Assembly (NCBI GenBank): GCA_028867755.1
Contig: JAGWFT010000001.1
Location: forward strand, 932,727-996,726
Direction of reading: 5' to 3'
Source: Nitrososphaerota archaeon
Lineage (GTDB): Archaea > Thermoproteota > Nitrososphaeria > Nitrososphaerales > Nitrosopumilaceae
DNA: 64,000 nt
Positions 20,313 to 30,258 of this stretch are shown here, piece after piece. Position 1 is the first letter of the stretch. Each line of letters opens with the position of its first letter. A program made the position numbers and the translations under genes. The notes under the pieces were generated by a model. The model did not search any database. It saw only the letters and a list, made by a program, of their open reading frames with translations, and was not told the origin of the DNA.

Positions 20313-21290
20313 ATGTCATCGTCAAATGAGCCATCTGATAGCTCAAAGCCTGTTCTAAGAGACAAGAATCCTCATAATTATAGAAAAGTGGGCTATTCGA
20401 TGATAGTAATCTCAGTATCCCTAGTGGCAATTGGTTTACTTGTATGGGCAATAGGAAGTGACTATCACTTTTCAACCAACATCATGGCCTCGCAAGAAGT
20501 AGATGCCATGACGCCAAAAACAGGATACAATGTTGTTCTCTTTGATATCTCACAGCCTGTTGGTGCCAAATTAAAATTACTAGATCACGCAGATGCACTT
20601 GATGCTGCCCAAGTATTGCAATCGCAAGACGCACAGCAAAACCAAGGCTCTACAATGCAAGTACTACTCTTTAACGCTACTAACAATTACAATCTTAATC
20701 TAATGGCTAATGCCGAAGTATTCGTTCAGACTCCAAAACAATGTTACAACGTAATTCTCTTCAACGATGATTTGCCTGTGGGGCAAAAACTAACGCTGGG
20801 AATTCATGAAAATGCATTTGAAAATGCTACAGCGTATCAAAAACAACAAGTAGACTCACTTCAAGGGCAGGGAATTCAGGTATTGATTTTCACTCCGTCT
20901 TTTACTGATGATTTGAAAATGGTAACAGGCTCTAGCACACCAGTTGGTGCTTATGCTGTTCTAGCTAGTAATGAGACAAGTCCTGCATCATTTTGTCCTG
21001 CACTGCAGCCAGCAAATCAAACGAAAACTGTTACAACAAATCAAACAGCAGTTGTACCAACAAATAACACTATGATATCAAACAAGACTACAACTGTTGT
21101 AGCAAACCAGACTGCAGTTATGGCAACAAGCCCAATTGCAAAGATGATGATATCCCACCAAACTAATTCCACAACTCCAAAAACAATGAACACAACTACA
21201 AATGTTTCAATTAATGCTACAGTATCTGCTGGGGCTGGCAAGTCAGTTACACTAAATGAAACAATGTCAGTTAACGCCACAGGAAAATAA
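20313..21290 (+). CDS. Membrane-anchored surface protein with a 73-aa internal duplication and Thr/Asn-rich tail
   Basis: N-terminal TM (VGYSMIVISVSLVAIGLLVWAIG); repeats start TPKTGYNVVLF and TPKQCYNVILF; many N-x-T sequons. Confidence 0.75.
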   Translation: MSSSNEPSDSSKPVLRDKNPHNYRKVGYSMIVISVSLVAIGLLVWAIGSDYHFSTNIMASQEVDAMTPKTGYNVVLFDISQPVGAKLKLLDHADALDAAQVLQSQDAQQNQGSTMQVLLFNATNNYNLNLMANAEVFVQTPKQCYNVILFNDDLPVGQKLTLGIHENAFENATAYQKQQVDSLQGQGIQVLIFTPSFTDDLKMVTGSSTPVGAYAVLASNETSPASFCPALQPANQTKTVTTNQTAVVPTNNTMISNKTTTVVANQTAVMATSPIAKMMISHQTNSTTPKTMNTTTNVSINATVSAGAGKSVTLNETMSVNATGK

Positions 21291-21293
21291 AGA

Positions 21294-21446
21294 CTAGATT
21301 AATTCCTCGTCAATTTCATCTATAGGATCTATGTATTGTTTGCAAGAACAGTTTGATATTATGCATCTGCCCACCTTTAGAACCGAATGACTGTCACTTG
21401 ATGGTTCATGTGCAGCATCAGTGTGATGGCAGCGCTTGCAATTCAT
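21294..21446 (-). CDS. 50-aa Cys/His-rich zinc-binding microprotein (not in ORF track)
   Basis: Manual translation MNCKRCHHTDAAHEPSSDSHSVLKVGRCIISNCSCKQYIDPIDEIDEELI*; fills the gap exactly. Confidence 0.7.
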   Translation of the reverse strand: MNCKRCHHTDAAHEPSSDSHSVLKVGRCIISNCSCKQYIDPIDEIDEELI

Positions 21447-21493
21447 AACTGAAAGAATTTGAACTGTTATTTAACGCTTGAATAATGCCGGAC

Positions 21494-22366
21494 TCATAGT
21501 TTCAATATTCCGGCATTTATCATGTATTGAATTCCAGAAATAAAATCGTCATCAGAGATAGTTCCCTGTGCCCACCATCCAGCATTACTTTTTATCCAGT
21601 GCGGGATGTCATGTGTTGTATTATTGCCAGAGGAACCATGAGGTATCTGCATGATTCCATTTGAGACAAGATATTGTATGCCTTTCACAAAGTCATCATC
21701 TGATATCTCACTGCTTGCCCACCATCCTGCGTTTGTTTTAACCCAAGCTGGAATGATTATGCTCTTTGAAGGTTGTGTATAATTAGAATCGGAACTAATG
21801 ATGTCAGTATCTATCAGATTGTTTGAAAATGTAACTGTAATGGGTTTTCCCAAAAACTTTGTCATTCCAACAGAATGTGCACTCAAAAGGACACCAGTTT
21901 GTGTATCGTATGCCATATCAGATGAGCCGTTGGTATTAGACTCGGTAGCAATCAGCACCGTCCTCTTAAACCCGTTATAGTCTTTCAATTCTTGTGATAT
22001 TACAATATCACTTTGGTTATACTGGATTGGTACTGGTAATATTGAAACAAACGGAACAATATTTCCTTGCTTATCATGTCCGTATCCAGTTTTTAGGCTC
22101 AAAACAAAAGTGTCATTTTCAACATCCTTTCCAAGATAATATGTTTCTGTGACATTGATGCTTTCTGGATTGATCATGTTTCCAAATGAGTATATGATGG
22201 AGCTATTGACAATGCCTGTCTGGATAGCATATTTTAGATGATCTCCTGAGTGCACGCATACATTATGAGGCGCGCATACATTTCCTTGGTCTGCAAAGAC
22301 CTTGCCTGAATACATTACGCCAAACAGAATAGCAAGAACTGCTAAACCCAAAACCAATTTTCTCAT
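21494..22366 (-). CDS. Secreted protein with two C-terminal IPxWxKxxAxWW repeats
   Basis: Signal peptide; IPAWVKTNAGWWASSEISDDDFVKGIQYLV and IPHWIKSNAGWWAQGTISDDDFISGIQYMI. Confidence 0.8.
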   Translation of the reverse strand: MRKLVLGLAVLAILFGVMYSGKVFADQGNVCAPHNVCVHSGDHLKYAIQTGIVNSSIIYSFGNMINPESINVTETYYLGKDVENDTFVLSLKTGYGHDKQGNIVPFVSILPVPIQYNQSDIVISQELKDYNGFKRTVLIATESNTNGSSDMAYDTQTGVLLSAHSVGMTKFLGKPITVTFSNNLIDTDIISSDSNYTQPSKSIIIPAWVKTNAGWWASSEISDDDFVKGIQYLVSNGIMQIPHGSSGNNTTHDIPHWIKSNAGWWAQGTISDDDFISGIQYMINAGILKL

Positions 22367-22447
22367 TTGTTAGCCCACTACGAAGGGCAAACATTACTCT
22401 TTCCATATCCCATCGAAAACAATATGGAACAATACAAATAGCCATTT

Positions 22448-24493
22448 TTGATTCTAGAAATTGTGGAGCCAAACAAACTCGTTCATGAATCAAGTCCATA
22501 TCTTTTACAGCATGCATACAATCCTGTAAAATGGTATCCGTGGTGTGATGATGCCTTAAAGAAGGCAAAGGACGAGAACAAACCAATTTTTCTCAGTGTG
22601 GGCTACAGTGCTTGTCACTGGTGTCATGTCATGGCGCACGAGTCTTTTGAAAACGATGAGATTGCTCAAGTAATGAACGAGAACTTTGTCAATATCAAAG
22701 TCGATAGGGAGGAAAGACCGGACATTGATGATATTTATCAAAAAGTATGCCAGCTTGTTACAGGTAGCGGTGGCTGGCCTCTTAGTGTATTTCTTACACC
22801 AGACCAGAGGCCATTTTATGTTGGAACATATTTTCCACCACTTGATAGTTATGGCAGGCCTGGCTTTGGAAGTCTCATAAGACAGCTTGTGCAAGCCTGG
22901 AAGGAAAAACCCCAAGACGTTGAGGCTGCTTCTGAAAACTTTGTAAACTCGTTGCAAAAAACTGAATCAATTTCTCTGCCATCAAAATTAGAAAAACCCA
23001 TACTTGACGAGGCTGCCATGAATTTACTCTCACTTGGAGACCCAACAAATGGAGGATTTGGGCATGCTCCCAAGTTCCCAAATGCCGCAAACCTATCATT
23101 TATGTTGCGATACTCAAAACTTTCAGGAATATCCAAGTTCCAAGAGTTTGTCCTAAAAACTCTAACAAAGATGGCAAATGGGGGAATATATGATCAAATT
23201 GGCGGCGGCTTTCACAGGTATTCAACTGATTCCAGATGGCTTGTGCCGCACTTTGAAAAAATGTTGTATGACAATGCATTGTTGCCAGTTGTATATGCAG
23301 AGGCATATCAGATAACAAAGGACTCGAGATATCTTGACGTGATAAATCACACACTGCGATACATCTTAAAAGAAATGACCTCCCCTGATGGCGGGTTTTA
23401 TTCTGCGCAGGATGCAGACTCTGAAGGAGAAGAAGGAAAATATTATGTTTGGAAAAAAAATGAGATCCAAGAAATACTTGGAAATGACTCTGATGTTTTT
23501 TGTCTATTTTACGATGTAACAGATGGAGGAAACTTTGAAGGACATACCATATTGAATAACGCCATAAAACAATCATCCGTGGCATTTCAGTTTGGCAAGA
23601 CAGAATCCGAAGTCCAAAATATTATAGAAAAAAGCAAGACAAAGCTTTTGGAAGCAAGAAGCAAACGTGTACATCCTGGCAAAGATGAGAAGGTTCTCAC
23701 TAGCTGGAATGGGCTTATGATGACAGGGTTTCTGCGAGGTTACAGGGTTACACAAGATGCTGACTTCCTAAAGGCAGCAGAAAATTGCATCAGGTTTATG
23801 GAAGAAAAAATGGTAAAAAATGGAGAACTATTACACACCTACAAAGACGGGCAAGCAAAACTCAGGGCATATCTTGATGATTATGCATACTTTGTAAATG
23901 CATTGCTTGATTATTTTGAAGTCAGGCCTATCAAGAAGTATCTTGATCTTGCAATATATTATGCAAATTATTTACTGGAACATTTTTGGGATGAAAATGA
24001 AAGGAGTTTCTTTTTCACTGCAGACAATCATGAAAAGTTAATCATCAGAACAAAGAACATTTATGATTTGTCTCTTCCTTCTGGAAATTCTGTAGCAGCA
24101 GGCACGCTGCTACGATTATACCATATTACACAAGACAAGCGGTATTTTGACACATCGCTTAAGATAATGGAGTCTCTTTCTACGATGGCTGCTGAAAACC
24201 CATTTGGTTTTGGCCAGCTCTTAAATGTCATTTACATGTATTTGCAAAAACCAACTGAGATTACCATGATAAACTATGTCAACAAGGAACTATGCACTTA
24301 TCTTGAAAAGAAATTTCTCCCTGAATCAATTCTTGTAGGGATAAGCAAAGAAGAATCTCTAAAGGAGCTGCAACATTTGTCGTTTTTTGCAGGTAAGGTG
24401 TTTGACAAGACAAAAACTAATGTCTATGTATGCAAAGATTTTACGTGCTCATTGCCGCTAGGAACAATAGAGGAAGTTGAAAAACTTCTCTAG
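22448..24493 (+). CDS. Thioredoxin-domain protein, YyaL/SSP411 (DUF255) family
   Basis: [66 protein letters not shown]. Confidence 0.93.
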   Translation: MILEIVEPNKLVHESSPYLLQHAYNPVKWYPWCDDALKKAKDENKPIFLSVGYSACHWCHVMAHESFENDEIAQVMNENFVNIKVDREERPDIDDIYQKVCQLVTGSGGWPLSVFLTPDQRPFYVGTYFPPLDSYGRPGFGSLIRQLVQAWKEKPQDVEAASENFVNSLQKTESISLPSKLEKPILDEAAMNLLSLGDPTNGGFGHAPKFPNAANLSFMLRYSKLSGISKFQEFVLKTLTKMANGGIYDQIGGGFHRYSTDSRWLVPHFEKMLYDNALLPVVYAEAYQITKDSRYLDVINHTLRYILKEMTSPDGGFYSAQDADSEGEEGKYYVWKKNEIQEILGNDSDVFCLFYDVTDGGNFEGHTILNNAIKQSSVAFQFGKTESEVQNIIEKSKTKLLEARSKRVHPGKDEKVLTSWNGLMMTGFLRGYRVTQDADFLKAAENCIRFMEEKMVKNGELLHTYKDGQAKLRAYLDDYAYFVNALLDYFEVRPIKKYLDLAIYYANYLLEHFWDENERSFFFTADNHEKLIIRTKNIYDLSLPSGNSVAAGTLLRLYHITQDKRYFDTSLKIMESLSTMAAENPFGFGQLLNVIYMYLQKPTEITMINYVNKELCTYLEKKFLPESILVGISKEESLKELQHLSFFAGKVFDKTKTNVYVCKDFTCSLPLGTIEEVEKLL

Positions 24494-24810
24494 ATTTTTT
24501 TAATATTGATCTCTAGCTTGTGTCCTACTTGAGGGCTGCCCATTCTTTCGTATCTGCGCTTTGGCATGCTTATTGTTATTGCAGTCTGGGCATAGCTTTT
24601 GATTGCAATGGTAGGCTGGGCCTGAAGTATGGCCTCTAGGAATGGAAGAATCTGGTCTCGCAATTCTGGTTCTAATTTTTTATTGATGGCTTCTAGCATG
24701 AGCTGTTTTTGTGAAACAGGTTCTGTCTGCACATCTTCTATGAGAGAAAGTTGCACTGTCTGTCCATTGTCAACTAGCTGCTGTATCATATATTGCACAA
24801 TTTCAGACAT
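24490..24810 (-). CDS. Hypothetical protein, possibly arcadin-1-like
   Basis: [15 protein letters not shown]...AITI......E..G...VG..LEINI resembles Pyrobaculum arcadin-1 as recalled; unverified. Confidence 0.55.
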   Translation of the reverse strand: MSEIVQYMIQQLVDNGQTVQLSLIEDVQTEPVSQKQLMLEAINKKLEPELRDQILPFLEAILQAQPTIAIKSYAQTAITISMPKRRYERMGSPQVGHKLEINIKKI

Positions 24811-24907
24811 GGATTGTGGTTTACCATGTCGGGATTTATCTGTATATGCAGAACACTCTATGGATGTTATTTCATCTTAGGCTAGGTAGAAAATATCTTA
24901 CCAAGAC

Positions 24908-25768
24908 CTAGTTGTGCAATATGGCAAGCTTTGAGTTTTCTGTAACATTGAATTTGTCCACAAAGCCTGAGGTTACTTCTAGGACATATTTTGTATTCTG
25001 TCTTTGAGCATCATAAATTGGACATGTAGAGTTGTCATTGCAGGGAGGCAAGTTTTTTTCAATATGCACTACATTTCCATTGTCATCAAACCAAATCATA
25101 TCCAACGGAAACTGCATGTCCTTCATCCACATTGCAACTATCTGTGGTTCTGGGAACACAAAGATCATTCCTTGGTCATATGGAAGTTGTTGCTGAAACT
25201 GTAATCCTTCTGTCATCCTGTCCGGAGTGTCTGCAATCTGGACTTTCAGTATAATGTTGTCGATTTTGATCTTGCCCTGTGGGAAATTACTTGATAACAG
25301 GTTTGAATCCTGTCCTATGTCCTGGCTTACGCCAGGCTTTAGCTTGATTTCACCATTATTGATAAGGTATTGTATATCTGAGAAAAACTCATAGTCTGAA
25401 ACACTTCCGCTTGTCCACCATGCTGCAACATCTTTAACCCATGAAGGAATTGTACCTTGCAAATTGGCAGTGTCGTACTCATGAGAGAGTGGCACTATGT
25501 TATTTGCAACAAGATATCGCACGCCTAAAACAAATTGTGAATCACCAAGTTTTCCTTGTGCCCATAAACTGGTATCGTTTCTAATCCATTCGGGAATGGG
25601 GGAAACGAACGCGCTTGAAGGCTGCGAATTCGTAGTATCATTAGTTGGTTGCTGTGCAAGAGCGACATGTGTTGTCTCAAGTTGATTTTGAGAGAATGGA
25701 TTTACAATAACTCCAAGTGTTGATACAAGCAACAAACTACACGCCAACAAACTTGTCTTTTGTTTCAA
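24908..25768 (-). CDS. Secreted DUF192-domain protein with N-terminal IPxW repeats
   Basis: IADTP.RMTEGLQF..QLPYDQGMIFVFP...MWMKDMQFPLDMIW (DUF192); IPEWIRNDTSLW and IPSWVKDVAAWW repeats. Confidence 0.85.
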   Translation of the reverse strand: MKQKTSLLACSLLLVSTLGVIVNPFSQNQLETTHVALAQQPTNDTTNSQPSSAFVSPIPEWIRNDTSLWAQGKLGDSQFVLGVRYLVANNIVPLSHEYDTANLQGTIPSWVKDVAAWWTSGSVSDYEFFSDIQYLINNGEIKLKPGVSQDIGQDSNLLSSNFPQGKIKIDNIILKVQIADTPDRMTEGLQFQQQLPYDQGMIFVFPEPQIVAMWMKDMQFPLDMIWFDDNGNVVHIEKNLPPCNDNSTCPIYDAQRQNTKYVLEVTSGFVDKFNVTENSKLAILHN

Positions 25769-25842
25769 CTTCTCTAATTCTTTCCTGCTGGCATATTAAA
25801 AAGCTCGAATTATTCTTTATGCATGATCAAAATACTGCAAAG

Positions 25843-26124
25843 TTATATTTTCGCATCAATGATGCTTCGTTTTATTTGAGCTGCTCTTTTTTTAATAATT
25901 TGTGTGAATTCTTGCATGTCTTCTAAAGACGGCTTTTGTTGTTGGGTGGTGTATGACTGTATGAACGCTGAATAGATTGAGCCTAGTATGATTCCAAAGG
26001 CAGCTGCTGGAACATCGCCTACCTCGTCGGCATATGTTTTTGCCATCTGTTTGTATGACGATGCCTCGCTTATGTAATAGTCCACCAAATTATCAATGAA
26101 GCTCTTGGTAGTTGCAGAAATCAC
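25843..26124 (-). CDS. Hypothetical protein
   Basis: Clean 93-aa helical ORF. Confidence 0.65.
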   Translation of the reverse strand: MISATTKSFIDNLVDYYISEASSYKQMAKTYADEVGDVPAAAFGIILGSIYSAFIQSYTTQQQKPSLEDMQEFTQIIKKRAAQIKRSIIDAKI

Positions 26125-26225
26125 AACCTAGAATTGAGTCCTATTCTTTATAACGTTTGATTTTACAGCGATTGCAAATATAATTTGACCTTGTTTCTTT
26201 TGTAGAAAAACAATGACTGTTACCT

Positions 26226-26345
26226 GTGCCAATTGAAGTTAACCGTATCAACAGGGAATGTCCCGAGTGCAAGAACTCTACCATATTTAATACTGGTAAG
26301 GGATATTTTTGTGGTAAATGCCTTAACACAGTTTCCATATCCTAA
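26226..26345 (+). CDS. 39-aa C4 zinc-ribbon microprotein (not in ORF track)
   Basis: GTG start; (M)PIEVNRINRECPECKNSTIFNTGKGYFCGKCLNTVSIS*; 28 bp upstream of the next + gene. Confidence 0.55.
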   Translation: MPIEVNRINRECPECKNSTIFNTGKGYFCGKCLNTVSIS

Positions 26346-26373
26346 TCAACAAGTAGATTTTAGGTAAAATATA

Positions 26374-26829
26374 ATGTGGAAGATAGAACGTGAAGGAGTT
26401 TATTTCAAAATATATGACAAAAGAAAAAACCTAGTTGGATATTTTGCTCCCGAATATGGCAATATATACCCAGAAGACAGGGCAAACGAAGTAATTGATC
26501 AGACGCATAGGCAACATGACAAGATAAAAAGCGGCTACCTCATGATTCCGATGGTAAAATTTGGAATCTTCCAAGAAGGAAATGAGATGAATGTTGCGTA
26601 CCTGGCAAAGCAACTAGACAACGTGAAAACACGTCTCACGTATTGGGATGATTTTCTTTCAAACAATAACATAAAACAATACAAGATTATGGTATCTCAC
26701 ACAGATCACGACATGCTTAGCATAACCATGGACCTGGTGTTTTCCTCTCCAACAGATCTTGAAAAAAATGCTTTAGAAAATGAGATTGGTAAAATACTTG
26801 ATCCGCTTGCTGCACTAGGCTTACTATGA
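26374..26829 (+). CDS. Hypothetical protein
   Basis: 151-aa ORF, plausible composition. Confidence 0.65.
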   Translation: MWKIEREGVYFKIYDKRKNLVGYFAPEYGNIYPEDRANEVIDQTHRQHDKIKSGYLMIPMVKFGIFQEGNEMNVAYLAKQLDNVKTRLTYWDDFLSNNNIKQYKIMVSHTDHDMLSITMDLVFSSPTDLEKNALENEIGKILDPLAALGLL

Positions 26830-27336
26830 ATTGCCTGATTTAGCATTATGAAAAGACTGTAATGCACTCATTTCATACTGAAATGACTGCTGTAGCAGTT
26901 GATCTGATTTTGCTCTAGTTGAATTGTCTCCTGTCTGAATCCATTCTTTTAGAAGATTGTCGCTTTCTATCTGTGTCTGAGTTGATAGCCTGAAGAGCTG
27001 CAATGAAGCAGAAAATGGCTCTGGTGGGCTCAAAGCATCATATCTTGGTATGATGGTTTGCATCTTTGCAATGTGTGCATCTGTTATGTTTAACATTTGT
27101 TCTTTTGATATCTGGCCTTTTTCGTACATTGTAAGATTGGCATCAAAACCAATCGTCTCGTTTTTCAAATCAGATTGAATCGCTGATAAACTATCCCCAA
27201 ATCTCTGTCCAGATAGATTTGCTTGGTCTAAATTGTAATTGACAAGAATGACTACAGCTATTATGGCCACGCCTATTATGATTGCAACTTGTAACCCTCT
27301 CTTGGGGTGGGGCTTTACTTCCTTCTTTTTCTTCAC
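26824..27336 (-). CDS. Membrane-anchored helical protein
   Basis: Basic N-terminus, TM (LQVAIIIGVAIIAVVILV), helical extracellular domain. Confidence 0.7.
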   Translation of the reverse strand: MKKKKEVKPHPKRGLQVAIIIGVAIIAVVILVNYNLDQANLSGQRFGDSLSAIQSDLKNETIGFDANLTMYEKGQISKEQMLNITDAHIAKMQTIIPRYDALSPPEPFSASLQLFRLSTQTQIESDNLLKEWIQTGDNSTRAKSDQLLQQSFQYEMSALQSFHNAKSGNS

Positions 27337-27419
27337 AAGCCGACTAGATTGCTATCTAAAATAAATCGTTTGGCATGGTTGCATGTAATTTTAAAAATAC
27401 TGATGTTTGCAATAAAGGG

Positions 27420-27707
27420 CTATTCTATGTAGTTGCCGTCTTGATCGGCTTTTAGCTCAATGATAGCTACGCTCCCGCTTATGTACGAGTCATTTCTGAC
27501 AGTTCTCACACGCCCAACTTCCAAGTGATATGGCCATACATCTACCACAATTGTCCCAATTTTGACACCAGTAGGGGCATCTGTGAATTGTATGTCTTCC
27601 TTTCTTACCCCATAATCCATTAATTTTTTGACACAATGATCAAGCAAAGGTTGAGGAAGGCCGTGATTTATGGCCCAAACGGTGCCTTCGTATTCAATTT
27701 TTTCCAA
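27420..27707 (-). CDS. Hypothetical protein
   Basis: 95-aa ORF in otherwise empty space. Confidence 0.6.
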   Translation of the reverse strand: MEKIEYEGTVWAINHGLPQPLLDHCVKKLMDYGVRKEDIQFTDAPTGVKIGTIVVDVWPYHLEVGRVRTVRNDSYISGSVAIIELKADQDGNYIE

Positions 27708-27769
27708 TTGGTTATCAAAAAGTTAATGTTTTTTTTAAAGCTATCTGCGCACAAAAATGCTAAAGAATC

Positions 27770-28006
27770 TTAGCTAGGAGTTGTCACTTTTAATGTCATC
27801 GTACTTTCAACTCTTGATATATTTCGAATCTTATGCGATACGGCTCGATCAAATTCTTCAGAGGTAGGAGTTTGCAATTCTGCTATCACGTCATAAGCAC
27901 CAAAAGTCACATATGCACTCTTGACTTGAGGTAAAAGCTTCAACTCCTCTATCACATACTCCTCTGCACCAATATCGCAATTGATCAAAATAAACCCCTT
28001 TTCCAT
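27770..28006 (-). CDS. Stand-alone Lrp/AsnC ligand-binding domain protein
   Basis: GFILINC..GAEEYVIEELK.LPQVKSAYVTFGAYDVIAEL...IRNISRVESTMTL. Confidence 0.85.
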   Translation of the reverse strand: MEKGFILINCDIGAEEYVIEELKLLPQVKSAYVTFGAYDVIAELQTPTSEEFDRAVSHKIRNISRVESTMTLKVTTPS

Positions 28007-28123
28007 ACTTTTCTCAAATCTACAAATTACTTAACTTTGTCTATTATGTGAAATGAATCAGAATTGAAAAATAAAAAAATACCAGTTCTTGAAATGCTGG
28101 CTAAACTGCAGATTGTCTTGCAA

Positions 28124-28486
28124 TCAACGGCGTAATAGATTCAGCACTTTAAATGGAGTGGCAGATAAATCAATTTCTTTTTCTGCTGACAAGAGAAGAA
28201 GATTATCCTTTATAGGAAAACTCATGATCACGACTCTTTCTCTATATGACATGGCAAAAGATACCTGTCCTAGCACACTGTCGGACCCCTGGCGCATCTT
28301 GGCTCTTGTAACAATGCCACAGTAGAGTGATTCATCGTCTTTTTTATCGCCTATTGGCTTGATGCCGCTCCTCATTCCGCCTCCCACTAGTTTGCCGTCT
28401 TGGTCAATTATTCCCACAAATCTTATTTTTTTATCAATTTCCATTATTTTCTCACAAAGTCTGTTAAAATCTCCATGCGTTAGCAT
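28124..28486 (-). CDS. Roadblock/profilin-like small protein (thaumarchaeal expanded family)
   Basis: IMEIDKKIRFVGIIDQDGKLVGGGMRSGI...LGQVSFAMSYRERVVIMSFP...LLLSAE. Confidence 0.7.
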   Translation of the reverse strand: MLTHGDFNRLCEKIMEIDKKIRFVGIIDQDGKLVGGGMRSGIKPIGDKKDDESLYCGIVTRAKMRQGSDSVLGQVSFAMSYRERVVIMSFPIKDNLLLLSAEKEIDLSATPFKVLNLLRR

Positions 28487-28609
28487 TTCGAGAATGTTTT
28501 ACACAACACTGCTATTAACCTAGTCGATTTTTCAAGCATGAGACAAGGGCCTTTCTTACAAACCTCTGTTTGGTGCAAATGTGGCAGAAATATCACGATA
28601 TAATATTGA

Positions 28610-28684
28610 AGCCAATGAGGGGATTTGGACCCCCGACCTTCTGATTACAAGTCAGATGCTCTAGCCAGGCTGAGCTACATTGGC
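28610..28684 (-). tRNA. tRNA-Thr(UGU)
   Basis: Cloverleaf: GCCAATG/CATTGGC acceptor, GCTC/GAGC D stem, TCTGA-CT-TGT-AA-TCAGA anticodon arm, T arm GGGGG-TCCAAAT-CCCCT. Confidence 0.95.
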
Positions 28685-28889
28685 GTTAGGTAATGGCATT
28701 TAGAGGGTGGTTTAAAATGTTATTGCGTGATGAACTGACAGATTAAGTTCATGATCGTCACCAAGAATTAGCAAAAACTGAATATCCGCGAAAGGCAAAA
28801 CCTCGCTTGTAAAAATATACTCATGATGTGGTAACTATTACACAATCAAAAGGAAACGGCTAATTATAATTTAATTCCAGACAAGAAAA

Positions 28890-29348
28890 GTGAAAAAAGA
28901 AAATTACGACAGGATAAAACTTGACAAATCTCTTCTAGCTGAAAAAAGAAGATATTTTCTTGGCAATGTTGTCTTGCACGACATTTCAAAAAATATTGGC
29001 ATTAAGGATTCAAAAGTATACTATGCAGGCTTTAAAAACGGCGCAAGAACAAAAGTTCACTATCACGAAGGGGGACAGACACTGGTTGTAACTCAGGGCT
29101 TGGGTGTTCTTGTCTTGTTTAAGGGCAAGATTCAAGGCAAGAGTGTTAGAATAAAACAAGGGGCAAGGCATGTCTTGAAAACTGGTGATATAGTGTACAT
29201 TCCAAAAAATACACTTCATTGGCACGGTGCAATAGAGAACAAAAACTTTGGGCATGTTGCATTTAATGCATTTTCAGGCAAGGGCAAAGAATCAAAAACG
29301 ATTTGGTATGATTCAGATTTTAAGACGCGCGCAATAAAAATTCTCTAA
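28890..29348 (+). CDS. Cupin domain protein
   Basis: GARTKVHYHEGGQTLVVTQGLG ... GDIVYIPKNTLHWHGA. Confidence 0.88.
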   Translation: MKKENYDRIKLDKSLLAEKRRYFLGNVVLHDISKNIGIKDSKVYYAGFKNGARTKVHYHEGGQTLVVTQGLGVLVLFKGKIQGKSVRIKQGARHVLKTGDIVYIPKNTLHWHGAIENKNFGHVAFNAFSGKGKESKTIWYDSDFKTRAIKIL

Positions 29349-29364
29349 AGGTCTTTTTGATATC

Positions 29365-30210
29365 TCAAGTGTTGTGTGCCAGTGCTGTGAGCACAGTCCA
29401 TGGAAAAGTTATCTTTCCATCTTTTGTGTAGCGTACAGTGTTTTGCAGTGAATCATGTTTTATCTGGGATCTGATATTTTCTCCCATGCTCTCAATCTTG
29501 GGTCTAATTGAATTTGCAGTTGAGTGCATGTAATCATGCCAGTACTCTTCAAAGGTCCCCGCCTCATAGCTGAAAACATGTTTTGTTATTGATACATTGG
29601 AAAATCCTGCTCTCTCAAGTTCTTTTTGCAAGTCGCCAGTGTTGCCAAACCTATGTACCGTAGGGACACCTTTTGGCCTGATGTCTGGGATATATTTCAA
29701 AATGGGTGACATTATACTACTAAAATATGGTACATCTTCTGCTAGCCCATGAACTGCAAAAACAATTCTTCCATTATGTTTTAAAATTTTTCTTGCAGTT
29801 TCAAGTACTTTGTTGACATTTGGAAAAAACATGAGTCCATATTGACATAATATTTTGTCAAACACAAAGTTGAATCCAAGATTTTCTGCATCCATTTCAA
29901 AAAAATTCGCATTTGGTAAACTCATTGTTTTCTTTGCAATATGGAGTGCTGTCCTTGACAAGTCTATTCCAACCAATAACCCTGTCTTGTCAAGACGGCG
30001 AAATATCTCAGTTGAAACAGCGCCTGTTCCGCATGCAATGTCAAGCACCTTGTCTGACGGATTTATCTCTGCCAGATTTACTACTTCCACAGTGGACTTG
30101 AATGGACCTGCATGCTTGTTGGCCCAGTTGTAATGGTAATCTGGAGCAACAGCATTCCAGTTGGCTTTTGAATTAATCTTGTACTCTGTAGGATCAAAAA
30201 GTGCTACCAT
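29365..30210 (-). CDS. Class I SAM-dependent methyltransferase (UbiE-like)
   Basis: VLDIACGTG, GIDLS, MDAENL, FDKILCQYGLMFFP, LKHNGRI. Confidence 0.88.
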   Translation of the reverse strand: MVALFDPTEYKINSKANWNAVAPDYHYNWANKHAGPFKSTVEVVNLAEINPSDKVLDIACGTGAVSTEIFRRLDKTGLLVGIDLSRTALHIAKKTMSLPNANFFEMDAENLGFNFVFDKILCQYGLMFFPNVNKVLETARKILKHNGRIVFAVHGLAEDVPYFSSIMSPILKYIPDIRPKGVPTVHRFGNTGDLQKELERAGFSNVSITKHVFSYEAGTFEEYWHDYMHSTANSIRPKIESMGENIRSQIKHDSLQNTVRYTKDGKITFPWTVLTALAHNT

Positions 30211-30258
30211 GCCAATCCTCTAGTCAAGGCTTAAATTAATTCTCTTTTTAGCAACTCC

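Noticed and set aside
26141-26338. 65-aa minus-strand ORF from the track
   Set aside because: The overlapping + strand ORF has a cleaner C4 ribbon and operon context; this is likely its shadow
27420-27707. Resemblance of LLDHCVKKLMDYGVRKEDI to lumazine synthase (RibH)
   Set aside because: The protein is too short and lacks the PGAxE and downstream RibH motifs
28727-28810. C/D-box-like sRNA (GTGATGA...CTGA, 55 nt) or c-di-GMP-I riboswitch-like AAAGGCAAAACC upstream of tRNA-Thr
   Set aside because: No credible D'/C' boxes, the D guide is a poly-A run, and the GNRA/GACGCAAA half of the riboswitch is absent
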